Assembly: GCF_004010195.1 (NCBI RefSeq)
Contig: NC_057760.1
Location: 3,559,440-3,623,439, forward strand
Length of the DNA: 64,000 bases
Direction: 5' to 3'
Source: Chiloscyllium plagiosum
Lineage: Eukaryota
Below, piece after piece: positions 49,931-63,011 of the stretch. Both the position numbers and the translations under genes were made by a program. The notes beneath the pieces are model-generated. The model did no database searches. It was not told where the DNA came from and worked only from the letters and a program-made list of their open reading frames with translations. The stretch's first letter is position 1. Each line of letters starts with the position of its first letter.

Positions 49931-50070
49931 ATTGAATTGAATTTATTGTCACGTGTACCAAAACACAGTGAAAAGCATTGTCTTGCAAACAATACAGGCA
50001 GATCACATAGTTAAGTAGCAATAAGTAAATAATAGGTAAATAGCGGCAAAAACAAAAACACAGGTACACA
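49931..50070 (-). mobile_element. Short 3'-end fragment of a LINE with (TTCAA)n tail
   Basis: Minus-strand ...ACAATAAATTCAATTCAATTCAAT tail; GGATTGA duplicated at 49924-49930 and 50071-50077. Confidence 0.6.
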
Positions 50071-51397
50071 GGATTGAGTCCTTCACAATGCTCAGCATTA
50101 GTTAAAGGAGCCCGGCTGCTCCCAATAGCCCCTGGTAAGAAGTGAGAGGAAGTCTGTGCAGAGGCTACAATTGGAAAGACATTTGTAGAAATCAAGCACC
50201 ACTGTAATCTAAACATTTGTAGAAATCAGGTTGAGCTACAGTTCTCTCCTGGCCAGAGACTGGCTGCTGTCCCAAACATTACACTGCATGTGTCTTGAGA
50301 GAAGATAACCGGGAGGGAGGAATGGATGTGGAAGCAGGAACAAGTTCCTTTAAGAAATGTTCCCTGTAGTCAAAGATGCTTCCACCTTACATTAGGAGCT
50401 TTGTATCTTCATCGTGCTTGAAGGCGGTTTATTCATCCCTAAGGAGACCTGCTACAGTAACGGACAACTCTTTCAAGAGAAACTTCCTGTAACTTAGCAA
50501 ACCCCCTTTAACTTGCCAAGTTAATTGCTAACAATAAATTTCCTTTGACAAACAACAACTTCTGTTTAAAACATTCCCATTGCTGGAAGTTAAATGAGGG
50601 AAAGGGTAACTGAGCGCTCCCTATAGACATTTCTTCAGAGAGAGATGAGAACCGGTTCTGAACCATGCACTGGTTACATTTGGAAGTAATGGATGTTTCA
50701 TACTTTCTGACGTTCTGCAAATCCAGTCCATTCCTGACATTGTGTCTGTGAGAATTTGCGGAAGGTGTAAGGCACTCAGTTGGATTCCAGATGGTTACTT
50801 GATGGCTCTAAATCCATAGCTGCCTCTTGCTATGTGGAGAAAAAAGGTGAAATTTTATTTATTCACATTCTGTCACATCTCAGCATGTCCCATCATGCTT
50901 TAAGGCCTCATAGGTACTTTTGAAATATATTCAGTTGTAATGTAGACAATGTGACAGAGAAATATGGTACAGCAATGGTCCCACAAACCACAGTATGCTA
51001 AAGGATCAGCACGGTTCATTTTGTAATCCCGTTTGAAGGGGAGCAGATTTCACCAGGGCACCTAGAAGAACTGACCTGTAATATTTAGATGTGTGGGAGG
51101 AAGTATAATTTGACTAATTTTTTTATTGCTTTTTATTATGGTCTTCTTTCATTTTTATTGGAATATTCGGTTGAGTCCAAAATAAATTTCTGATCTCTTC
51201 TGTATATAACCCTGTGGTGTACTTCTCCAGGAATGTTGATGGGGACTAACTGGCGAGAGCTTTGCTTTCAGTTTAAAAGAGTAAAGCGAGCTTTAATCTC
51301 TATGTAACCCTACGCTGTACCTGATCTAGAAGTCATTGCTGGGCAGTCCACAGGAATTTTTATTTTGTATCTAATCATCCATTATTTGTTCTACTAG

Positions 51398-51509
51398 GCC
51401 TTAGTGACTCATTCAACATTAATGTGAAGCAAGCCAGGATCTTCAAAGGACCAAAGAAGAGTCAGTTTGGGTATAAAGTTTTACAACATGAAGCAGAGGG
51501 TCAGAAATG
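51398..51509 (+). CDS. ITGA10: Integrin alpha (probably alpha-10) coding exon 2, first FG-GAP repeat (GLSDSFNINVKQARIFKGPKKSQFGYKVLQHEAEGQKW)
   Basis: 112 nt, acceptor TTCTACTAG, donor TG|GTAAGT. FN.....RIF.GP...FGY.VLQH..GQ.W is closer to ITGA10 (GPPEAEFGYSVLQHVGGGQRW) than to ITGA11, ITGA1 or ITGA2, which have VQQ. Confidence 0.85.
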
Positions 51510-53636
51510 GTAAGTTTGATGATCTGTTGGTTTTAAACCAATCTTTCAAACTATCTTTGAATTCTTTAGATACAAAATCATTTTTATTTTTATCAAAGCT
51601 TCTTGCTCATACACTTAAAAATCTTACAAATGGGAACAAAACATGTGCTGCCCCGACCAGTTTTCTATATTGCAAATTTGGGAAGACAAACTGAATCAGT
51701 GTTTGACTATTCACTCAAACTGCTGACTACAAGTGGGTTCAATACTGGCCAAGGGCAAGATGACACTCTCTGTGGTCAGCATAGTGAGCTGACACTTGAT
51801 ACATGAAGACTCACAATTTGGGAAAAGTACAAGGAAGTGTTCACGAAGGAGCAGTAAACCGGGAAAGGAGAAAGAATCTCTCTTTGTGAAACCAGCAGCT
51901 CAGGTGAGAAGATAAATCTGCATATGTCACCTGACTGTCAGGTGCATACTCAAGATATTTAGTCATAGTCAGAGTTATAGAATCATACAGCACGGAAACA
52001 GACCCTACAGTTCAACAGTTTGTGCCGACCATCATCCCACACTAAACTAGTCCCACCCTGCCTGCTCCTGGCCCATATCCCTCCAAACCGTTCCAGTTCA
52101 TGTACTTATCCAAGTGTCTTTTAAATGTTGTAACTACCCATGTCCTCCTACTTCCTCAGGAAGTTCATTCCACATACAAACCATCCTCTGTAAAAACTTT
52201 ACCTTATGTCTTTTTTTAAATCTCTCTCCTCTCACCTTAAAAATATTCCCCCTAGTCTTGAAATCCCCATCCTAGGGAAAAGACAATTACCATTAACTCT
52301 AATTATACCTCTTAGAACATAGAACATAGAACATAGAAGAATACAGCGCAGTACAGGCCCTTGGGCCCTCGATGTTGCACCGATCCAAGCCCACCTAAAC
52401 TACACTAACCCACTATCCTCCATATACCTATCCAATGCCCTCTTAAATGCTCTTATTTTTTATAAACTTCTATCAGGTCACCTCTCAACCCAGCTTCCAA
52501 TTAATGAAACTCTCCCCTCAGGTATGATGCAGTAAACACTGCTGGTCAAATCATACCCGGCTTCACTTATTACTATGATTTAAGAATACCTCTGGTCATA
52601 AACCAAGGGGCCTATTTCTTCCTGCTCAATTCCTGTAATTGCCTGAAATCAGTACCTTTCCATTCCAGCTATCATCACTTGTCTGGACCTCAGTGACACC
52701 AATTCACTTAATTCACTGCTCAAAAATGATCTCTGGGTCTGGAAGTTGATCTATTACTGAGTAAGATTTCAGTAAGTGAGAAATGATGGAGGATTTAAGT
52801 CAGAGTGGCACCTGTACACTTATAAAGGTTAGAACCCCTTCAAGAAAACCATTTTCTCTGTCCCTTTCTCTTGCTGTGTGAAATGTTGATGCTTGTTCGG
52901 AGAGCAGTTACAAAGGTGCTGATTACTTTTCAACACTTCATCCAGTTACTATTCTGTTTGTGAGCACTCAGGCAGTGACTGTCAGTGAGTTACTCTGTGT
53001 TTTGGTAAGGCTGGAGTCTGGGCATCTCAATAACCTGATCCTGACCCCACCTCACATCCATACAGACAATGTTTCCAGCAGGGACTACGAGAGAAAAGAT
53101 TGGATGAAAGGAACCTTGACTCTGCACCACTGAAACTGGTGTTGCTTGAGATTAGCTAACTTGGCAAAGGTGAAGATAGAGCCTGGAGTGTACTGGTTGG
53201 TATGGCAAGAGGGCAAGATAATCACTTGGAGGGGAGACAGGCAAGTCAACCTATTAAAATTACCAGCGTTGTAGGTTGAAATGAGAAATGATTACCTGTA
53301 CACAATAGAAATTGTGTAAGTTAAGGTTATGTATGCAGGTGTTTAGTCTTAATCCTTCATGGGATGTGGGCATCGCTGGCTGGGTTAGCATTTATTATGC
53401 ATCCCTAGTTGTCCTTGAGAAGGTGATGGTGAGTTGCCTTCTTGACCTGCTATAGGTGGATTCACAATGCTGTGAGGGAGGTGTAATAACTCAGCAAATC
53501 TGACTGGAAAGGAACATGATTTATTGTTGAACACCTAAATAGAGCCACTCCTGATGGCGTACACAGAGTAGTCCCAACCTGAGACAAACAGTTCTGTAGA
53601 CCTTTGGGATGTTTTCCTAATCAACCACTCGAAGAT

Positions 53637-54890
53637 TACACACCTCTGGAACAGGTGGGACTTGGACCTGGGCCTCTTAGCTCAGAGATAGAAATGATAC
53701 CACTGCACCACAAGAAGCCCCTGGATCTGCTTTATTTGATATGTTTTGTAATCAAACTGTTACGTAGATGTTAGAGCAGGTGGGACTTCAACTCAGGTCT
53801 CCTAGCTCAGAGATAGCAGCAATACCACTGCACCAGAAGATGGGTCTGTTTTATTGTATGTTCTAAACAACCTGCTCAGTGCTGTTATTACACATCCTCT
53901 GGTATAGGTGGGACTTGAAGCCAGGCCTCCTAATTCAAAGATAGTGACACTGCCACCAAGCCTTTTATGGGTCTGTTTTATTTTTATATCTGGGAGCTTT
54001 ACCATACATAACAGAATGATTTTTCTATCACCATTACTTTTGTTTTTAACTATTACCCGTCACCAACAGCAATTGCCTGTGCAGCCAATTAGAAGTTTAC
54101 ATGATAGTCCATTATGGACAATGTGAACCATTAAAAGAAAGGGGTTATGGATAGGTCTGCTTTATTATTTTTAAAATGAATCTGTTCATGACACATAACT
54201 GGGGCTGGTGGGACTTGACCCCATGTTCCCTCGGCAAGAGGTCCCTTGGTTCCGCTTTATTTTCTAATCACTCTGTCCAGAATTGGTGCTACACATCTCT
54301 GGAGCAGGTAGGAGTATGAACTCAGACCTCCTGGTCTCAGGGCAGGGACAATATCACTGCAACACAGGAGCCTAGTCATCATTGGATCTTTTTTAATTAT
54401 TGATTCAAATTTTACCATGCAGCGCGGCGGAATTCAAACTGGGCACCCCAGAACATTAGCTCTGGATTAATAGTCTCGTGATAACTTCGCTAAACCATCA
54501 CCTTCCCATGGGTCTGCTTTATTATTCCTTTATATCCTTTTTAATATTTATTTTCTCATCAACTTGTTCAGAGATGTAATTGCACATCTCTGCAGCAGGT
54601 GGGACTTGAACCCAGGCCTCCTGGCTCAGAGGTAGTGATAGTGTGACTACACCACTAGAGCCCTGTCTTGGCCTGCTTTATAAAGGGCCCAGGTGGTGAA
54701 TTCCAGTTGGACAGGCCATTGCCTGTTACCTGAGAACTCATACTCAACAGGATGTGTTTATTTTTTAAAATTGCCTCGCTTATTTTTCTAATGAGAGATG
54801 TTATTACATCCCTCTGAAGCAGGTGGGACTTGAACCCAGGTCTCTTGTTCCAGGGGTAGGGACACCACCACTGTGCCACAAAAGCTCACA
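53637..54890 (-). repeat. Diverged tandem array of about 7 tRNA-like SINE-head units
   Basis: Repeated CTCTGGAGCAGGTGGGACTTGAACCCAGGCCTCCTGGCTCAGAGGTAG..ACCACTGCACCAC, with GGTCTGCTTTATT in the spacers. A solo + strand copy lies at about 34330-34450. Confidence 0.8.
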
Positions 54891-54977
54891 AGGAGATTAA
54901 TTAGTGCTTCCCCATGGCCCCCATTGAGGTTATCACAGGAAGGAATTCCAGCAGTTTGACCTAATGACACTGAAGGA

Positions 54978-55183
54978 GAAAGTGAGGTCTGCAGATGCTG
55001 GAGATCAGAGATGGAAATGTGTTGCTGGAAAAGCGCAGCAGGTCAGGCAGCATCTAGGGAACAGGAGAATCGACGTTTCGGGCATTAGCCCTTCCTGAAG
55101 AAGGGCTAATGCCCGAAACGTCGATTCTCCTGTTCCCTAGATGCTGCCTGACCTGCTGCGCTTTTCCAGCAACACATTTCCAT
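54978..55183. mobile_element. Short palindromic PLE terminal-repeat insertion (ITGA10 intron 2)
   Basis: 86-bp inverted arms 55009-55094 and 55100-55185; TSD CTAATGACACTGAAGGA at 54961-54977 and 55184-55200. Confidence 0.9.
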
Positions 55184-55200
55184 CTAATGACACTGAAGGA

Positions 55201-55660
55201 ATGTCAATATACTTCCAATATACTGCAGGATGGCAAGCGACTTGGAGGGGAACTTGCAGGTGATGGTGTTCCCATATATATATCTGATGCCCTTGACCTT
55301 ATAAATGGCAGTGTTTTGGGGTTTGGAAGGTGCAGTCTCAGGAGCCCTAAGTGCATTCATCCAGAAAAACGGGGAATATTCCATCACACTCCATACTCAT
55401 ACCTTGTAGATGGTGGACAGAGCCAGGGGTGAATTATTTGCTGCAGGATTCCTAACCTCTGACCTGCTTTATCAGCCACAGTATTTATATGGCGGGTGCA
55501 GTTCAGTTTCTGGTTAATGGTGTACACCAGGATGTTGATTGTGTGGGCTTCAATGATGGTGATGCCATGGAATGCCAAAGGGCAATGGTTACATTCTCTC
55601 TTGTTAGAGTTGGTTATTGCCTGGCATTTGTGTGACACAACAGTTATTTGTCACTTTTCA
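55201..55660 (-). mobile_element. Old LINE (L2/CR1-group) RT C-terminal fragment
   Basis: KLNCTRHINTVADKAGQRLGILQ and MEYSP.FWMNA motifs. The 3' end of a similar family is at about 5440-5775 (+) and 53350-53480 (-). Confidence 0.6.
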
Positions 55661-57823
55661 GTACTGAATGAGCAATTCCTTGAGTGCATATGTGCCTGAG
55701 GGTTCCTCTGTGGCTGGAGGACCCCACGGGGGTAGGACATTTGATACATTTCCCTTCCTTGATAAGTTTGCCTTTAATGTAATCATGCCCCTTGAAAGGA
55801 CTGTCACTTAGTTAATTTGTTTATTGGTTGCTGACATGGGTACAAAGAGACACTGGAGTATAGTTGGTAGTGCCATGTTTCTGAGCCAGAAGCTTTAGTT
55901 TCAACTCCCACTCCAGGACTTGTTTGCTGTGGAATGAGCGACACATTTCATGACAGAGTGAGACAGGCTGACAATCAAAACACAAAAAGGGGTGCCGACA
56001 ATACTGAGGTGGTCTGCGCAGTGTTTGTGGAGAGATGAACTGATCATGTTTCAGGCAAAAGTGAGGACTGCAGATGCTCGAGATTAGAGTCAAGATTAGA
56101 GTGGTGCTCTAAAAGCACAGCAGGTCAGCCAATGTCCAAGAAGCAGGAAAATTGATGTTTCGGGCAAAAGCAGGAATGAGGCAGGGAGCCTCCAGGGTGG
56201 AGAGATAAATGGGAGGGAACAGCTGCCCACTGCCTGGATATCCCAGAATGCACCGGCCTCCCTGTTCCAGGTGTCATGAGTAAAATGTCATTACACTCTT
56301 AGATTGTCAATCTGAAACTGCCCAGGAGATAGCAGAGTGGGTAAAACTGGGGCTTCACTTTGTGGACAAGCCGCTGAGGTTCTGATGAATGACATGGTGT
56401 GAGAGAGGGACATTATCTTCCTGCAGGACTGGCAGGGGAGGCCATGGAACCAGACCCTGCCAGTTTGCTCCGAAGCTGGCCCCTGGGGCAGTGAGGTGCC
56501 AGCCTTCTGAGTGAATGTCCAGCAGTGTAGGAAGCAGGTCAGTGACCTTCTCCACTCCACCAGGGTAAGTGCCACCATCTGCACTTTGACAGCTCACCCT
56601 CACTCTATCTCTGTTACTGCACCCACTTCCCACCAAGGCTCATATTCTCCCACTCTCACTGATTACAGGACCTTCTCTTACTCTTTCTCTAATCACTTCT
56701 CTATCCCTCTGCCCAACTCTGCCTGGTGTCTGTGCTGCCTACTCACTCACCTAGGACACCTCGCCACCTTTCCCCCAGCTGTCCCAGCACTCACAGCTGT
56801 ACCAACCTTTTCCATCTCCCTTAATACCACTTGTTAATTTTCACATTTCAGAAAGAACCATTCCACAATCGTAGAGAAATAGCCAAGAGAGGCATGGGTC
56901 TCACTAACATTCAGCTCCTCACCCCCTCACAGGGGAAGGATCCTGACCTGAACAACGATGAGAGGCTGACTGACCGTGTCCAAGCTCCCGAACTGTGATC
57001 TGAGACTCCCCCTGACTCACTGTGCTGGGCACCGTGACTGACCGTGGACAATGATATCAAGCTTCCTGGGTTTGTGTCTGTGCTAAACACCAAGACAATA
57101 CAGCAGGCGGGTGAGCCTGGTAACTCTGGCTGAGATGTAATACTGCTAAAGGCAGGGTAAGGCAAGGTAATAATTCTGACAGCATTCAAGTCAGCTCAAA
57201 GTGAGTGTGGACAGACATGGAGTGAGCAGCCCAGAGGGACAGGCCATGAGCTGGGTGTGTCCCTGAGCACAGTGCCCTTGCAGCAGCATTGCAATGAGAG
57301 TTGGCAGTGCACCCTGAGCTGCAGCGTTGAAGTACAGAAGCGTACTGTCAGTGGGTCGGAGATGAGATGGGATGGCATGGTGAGGCTGGCATGTGACAGA
57401 TGCCATCGTTGGACGGTACATGCAGCTTCTGTCAGTGCCGCGTCCACCGAGACATTGATGTCTAAGATAGAAGGCCGTAGGAGCGTGGGGCGAGATGGAG
57501 TCACCAGTTACCAGCTCGGACTTTCACGTCCAATTCTCCATATTCCCCACAGTGGGAGGGAGGATAGGAAACTGCAAGTTGTTGAGGAGAGATCCACTGA
57601 ATGTGGCTGTTGATCATCAGTAATCATTCAGTCAACATCTTGACACTCCGGCATTCAAATCTTGTTTTAAAGAGCAGTCCAACACAGGAACGGGCCCTTC
57701 ATCCCAGCAAGCTCGCACTGACACATGATGCTGTTCTAAAGTGAAAAAGAAAGTTTTTGCTCCGATATCCACTACGTCATTCAGTTCCCTACTTACTCAT
57801 ATTTGTGCCAAGATCCCTCTTAA

Positions 57824-57978
57824 NNNNNNNNNNNNNNNNNNNNNNNNNNNNNNNNNNNNNNNNNNNNNNNNNNNNNNNNNNNNNNNNNNNNNNNNNNNNN
57901 NNNNNNNNNNNNNNNNNNNNNNNNNNNNNNNNNNNNNNNNNNNNNNNNNNNNNNNNNNNNNNNNNNNNNNNNNNNNNN
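57824..57978. other. Assembly gap (155 N)
   Basis: Run of N abutting a PLE terminal repeat. Confidence 1.
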
Positions 57979-58879
57979 CCGGCTTTTGCCCGAAACGTTG
58001 ATTTTCCTGCTCCTCGGATGCTGCCTGACCTGCTGTTTCAGGTCTGACCTTCTATTTAGTAGCTCCCCTTTTTATTTGATAACGGTATGAGTAATCCTGT
58101 GACAGCGCAAGTGTAATAAATATTGAGTCAATTTCTTTCCACCAAACCACACGTCAACACAAAGGGAATTATTGAAAACATTCATACGTATTGGATTTGG
58201 TATGTCTTTTATATCTCAAATGTCTTCGTTCATGAGCTCTAACATATTTCTTTCATTAACCCACTTTGTTCGTTAATTGAAATCAGATTCCTGAACCTGA
58301 TTTCTGGCTGCAATTCCTGTCAAGGAAACTGAGGATTCCATTCAAATCCAGTAAACAGAACAGTAAAGAACTTGCAGATGATCTTTCTCTGGCCCATTAT
58401 AATTCAGTAGCAGGTCTGGCATGTGTGGCACTTACTGTAATATTGGTATTGTTGAAGTGATTCACTGCAAAGTGAGCCGTATTTCATATTCGGAATATTT
58501 CTGCTCACTTGCCTCCTGTTCCTTTTGTGAGTGACTGAGTTTTTCCAGACTCACTGGCTAGTCTTTATTTTGACAGTCAAAGGTCAGGGGCAGAGTTGGA
58601 TAGGTGGAGGGGGAGGGCTGATCCTGTGACCACTGGATGGAGATTAGAACTGGCACCCAGGAGCCCAATTGTAGAGCCCTGGTGGGAACCCTTTACTGCC
58701 CTCCTTATTGGAGAGATTGAGGACCACATGAAGGTCAAGAGAAGATGAAAGTGTAGGATTGATGAGGAATTTTAAAGGAGGTTCTGATAAACTATCTGCT
58801 CCTGATCATATCTAATGTATGACTGAGTGTGTCAGTCCACCAGATGAGGAAGGATTGGGTTTGATTCAATGACACAACA

Positions 58880-59660
58880 TGTGATGGATGACAACAAACT
58901 ATTTATATAGCACCTATAATGGAATGCAACTTCCCAAGATGCTTCACATGGATTTAGTAGCAAGGTACTAATACAGCTAATCAAAGGTTTGGGCAAAGAG
59001 GAAGGTTTTATGGAGCGTCTTAAAGGAGGACTCAGAGGCAGGGATGTTTAGGAGGGAATTCAGGAACTTGACTGCCCACAGTATTGTCATCAACAGTGAA
59101 ACAATTAAAGTCAGGCATTCTAACAAGGTCTCACACAAACAAATGCAGACATCTGAGAGGCTTATATGGCTGGAAACTATTACAGAGCCATGGAGGGGTG
59201 AGACCAAGGAAGGATTTGGCAGCAAAGATGGGAGCCCTAAACCAAAGATGCTGCATGACCGCTGGGTGAAATGAACTTGGTGCATCAGCAGATTTTCAGG
59301 TGATCCACACATTTCTGAAGGGTATAATGTGGGGGGAGGAGCTGAGGCACAGATGGAGATGGGAAGTAGATGTACAGGACCTTGGAGATGGCACTTGAAG
59401 CATCTTGGAGTCACATGTGACGCAGTGCGTGAGGAATCTGTGCTATAATTCCTGGGAGGAAACGGGAACCAGAGAATGGAGTTTGTAGCAGGGCCTGAAG
59501 ACAATGGCTTTGTTCTTACTCATACTGCTTTGGCTGACCGACCTGCTCAACCTACACTGGATGTTAGATGGGCAGCCTGCCAATTCAGAGACATGAGAGG
59601 GGTCAAGGGCATTGGTGTGAGGTAGAACCAAATGTTATTAGCAGACATTTAAGGATGAAC
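58880..59660 (-). mobile_element. Old L2-like LINE 3' fragment
   Basis: ORF 58977..59504 ends FLNSL...SSFKTLHKTFLFAQTF, resembling the L2 ORF2 C-terminus. A related fragment lies at about 41330-41930. Confidence 0.6.
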
Positions 59661-61967
59661 CTTACAGTATTTTGGCTAAGTGTCAGTTCAATCCTGTTTT
59701 GGGAAAGGGTTTTCCCTGTGTGACCTAACACGATCTATCACTGTATCTTACTGAACTCGCCTCATTAAGTACCCACCCTATCCCAAGGCGCCCCTCTTAA
59801 CCAATTCTAGCCCCTTTCTACCATTCATTACACCTAGAAAAACTAGCTATTGCTGGAGTATCCTGGAATGAACTGGCATTTCTGGGAGCAGCAGCATCTT
59901 TAAAAGGTTGTTATACACCCAGACAAGCAGGTTTATACTGGAGCAGCCATGCAATGTTCCCAATGATTGCTCTTCTTGTAGTTGAGAAGAGAAAGTTGAT
60001 GACCTACTTTGTGGGCATGGTCTTGGTGGACAGAGTGGTGCAGAAGCAGATGTCCACTATCTCCAAGACCATGCCAACCTGATCTGAGGCTGCTATAGTC
60101 TCAGCCATCAGGAGGGATGCACACCAATGGAGGAAGAAGGGTCAATGACCTCCTCCACTCCATCAGCAGTAGTGCCACCAACTTCTCTCTGATACCTCAC
60201 ACTGACTTCACCTCTGTTACTCCACCCACTCATCACCAAGCCTCATTCCCTACCTTTCTCCCTATTACCCGCTCATCTTCCCTCACTTGCTGTCCTCTCC
60301 ACCAATCCCCAACACCAATAACTCTGCCCTGTAAGCTACTTCCTCAATGGCTAACTGTGAGACCACCCCACCAACACCAAAAATAACAGCTGTGCAACCC
60401 AATTCCATTTCCCTTGGAAGCAAGTGCCCCAAATGCCTTCTTACTTACCCAGTCAACCTATCCTGACATCTTCAGAGACAAGCCCCCCCAAGATCCCTGC
60501 ATTCCTCCGAGCTTCCTAGTGACCTGCCATTCATTGAGTACTCCCTTGTCTTGTTGTTCTTCCAAAGTGCATCACTCATACATTTCAGGGTTAAAGGCCA
60601 TCTGCCACTGATCCTGACTTTGAACACTTAAGCTGACAGTGTCCAAAACCCTAGACCAGTGCTGGGGACTGCCCTTAACTTGCTGTGATCGGGCCTCCTG
60701 ACTGAAGGCCATCTCCCTTGACTGAGAACTAGTGACTATGAAGGGCTCCCCGGCTTTGTGTCTGCGCCAATTGAAAAGGCAAGGGAAAAGCAATAGGAGC
60801 TTCATATCTCTGTCTGAGGGGCAACAGTACAAAAAGAGAAGGTAGGGTAGGGATGTTGTGAACATCTGTTCAGGCTTAAAAGGACCGGCAAACAGGTTGG
60901 AGATCTAGCCCACTGCAGTCCCACAGAGTACACAGTGTTTTAAATCTTTCTCCTCTTACCTTAAAAATACGCCCCAAGGGAAAAGACTCCTGCCATTCAC
61001 CTTATCCATGCCCCTCATGATTTTATGGACTTCTATAAGGTCACCCCTCAAAATAGCCCTCGCCTCCCCCTATAACTCAAACCCTCCACTCTTGGCAATA
61101 TCCTGGTAAATCTTTCTGAACCCTGTCCAGCTTTAATAATATTCCTTCTATAACTGGGCACAGTACTCCAGAAGAGTCTTCACCAATGTTCTGTCCAATC
61201 TCAACATAATGTCCCAACTCATATACTAGTCATAGCCATGACAAACAGATGCAGTTCTCCAAAACTGGACCAAGATGGATGCTGGTGTCAACCATTTCAA
61301 AGGTGCATGCAGGGTAAGCAAGATAACAATAACTATGAAATGAGCTAATTTGGGTCAGTTATGTCTCTGGACCATTTTGAGGAGGAAAAAAGAATGGGGA
61401 AAATATTTTTAACTCCAAAAATGAGTCATTCTCAATGTCTGATTCCACAAAAAAAACAGGAAAAGTTGAATTTGATTTCCAGGTCTGAAATTTTCTTTTT
61501 GTCTCTTCAATTAGAGAATAGAGTGGCTCTCTGCTTGCTCAGTGCCAGTTTCTCATCTGTTTCTCTCATTACTTGGCTGATTTGAAACTGTTCAAAAGGA
61601 GAGAGTATTGGACAGAGTTGCTCTGACTTGGCTGAACTGTTGCAGTCTGAAAGCAGTGCTATCTGCTGATATCATTTCCTTCACTGATCAAATTCTTCTT
61701 GAACAGAGTCCCAGAATTGTTGGCTGCAGTATACCTACACTGACTCATGTCAGTCCCCATCCCATATTTCTCAGATGAAGAACTTTCACATGTGTGCCAC
61801 TGCCCTCGATTGGTTTTCTGTGACTCTCTCTCTCAACAGACCACCCCCCACCCCCCTTCAGAGGGGCTGAGACTCATTGGAATATGTTCCTCAGGTATCA
61901 GACAACAGCCCAGTATCTCACTTACATAGACATTCTTCATGCGATTGTAAGGAGGTGTGTGTGTGTG

Positions 61968-62467
61968 NNNNNNNNNNNNNNNNNNNNNNNNNNNNNNNNN
62001 NNNNNNNNNNNNNNNNNNNNNNNNNNNNNNNNNNNNNNNNNNNNNNNNNNNNNNNNNNNNNNNNNNNNNNNNNNNNNNNNNNNNNNNNNNNNNNNNNNNN
62101 NNNNNNNNNNNNNNNNNNNNNNNNNNNNNNNNNNNNNNNNNNNNNNNNNNNNNNNNNNNNNNNNNNNNNNNNNNNNNNNNNNNNNNNNNNNNNNNNNNNN
62201 NNNNNNNNNNNNNNNNNNNNNNNNNNNNNNNNNNNNNNNNNNNNNNNNNNNNNNNNNNNNNNNNNNNNNNNNNNNNNNNNNNNNNNNNNNNNNNNNNNNN
62301 NNNNNNNNNNNNNNNNNNNNNNNNNNNNNNNNNNNNNNNNNNNNNNNNNNNNNNNNNNNNNNNNNNNNNNNNNNNNNNNNNNNNNNNNNNNNNNNNNNNN
62401 NNNNNNNNNNNNNNNNNNNNNNNNNNNNNNNNNNNNNNNNNNNNNNNNNNNNNNNNNNNNNNNNNNN
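61968..62467. other. Assembly gap (500 N)
   Basis: Run of N following a (GT)n microsatellite. Confidence 1.
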
Positions 62468-62534
62468 ACATTCTCCCCATTCTCCAGGTGAAGATGTTAT
62501 TGCTGAATTCTCACTGGGTTTATTACAGATTAAC

Positions 62535-62670
62535 ATCAGGAATGACTGATGAAGGGCTTTTGCCCGAAACGTCGATTCTCCTGCTCCTTGGATGTTGCCT
62601 GACCTGCTGTGCTTTTCCAGCACCACACTCTCGACTCTGATCTCCAGCATCTGCAGTCCTCACTTTCTCC
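62535..62670 (+). mobile_element. PLE terminal repeat with intact hammerhead-like core
   Basis: CTGATGA-A-GGGC-TTTT-GCCC-GAAAC-GTC at 62546-62573, then the family 3' end CAGTCCTCACTTTCTCC. Other fragments at 6770-6856, 56055-56220 and 57980-58037. Confidence 0.8.
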
Positions 62671-63011
62671 AAGTTCTTCTGCACCTTCCCCACCTCCTCA
62701 ATGCTACCCAGCCCTCTATCTATCTTTGTATTGTCTGCAAAGGTAGCGAGAATGTTCTCAGTTCCTTCATATAGACCCCCACACACTTAGCTCTCATCTC
62801 ACACGAGACTCTATGGACTTACATTGAGGAATGAGGAATGGCCACAGGGAGAGAAAGGAAACTCTGAGAGAGGGACAGAAAGAGACAGAGACAGATAGGA
62901 GAGATAACCGTTGATCTTTTTAATTCATCTGCATCCGATCATGTGAGGCATTGAGTTCACTTCCCTTCTGTATTTGTTCAGTTGAGGTATAAATAACTGA
63001 ATATAAGGTCA

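Noticed and set aside
53637..54890. Repeat-spacer pattern resembling a CRISPR array
   Set aside because: Eukaryotic context; units are long, diverged and tRNA/SINE-like; spacers are related to each other; no cas genes.
61833..62650. Long ORFs of 204-237 aa (also 57741-58047)
   Set aside because: Artefacts of translating through N gaps.
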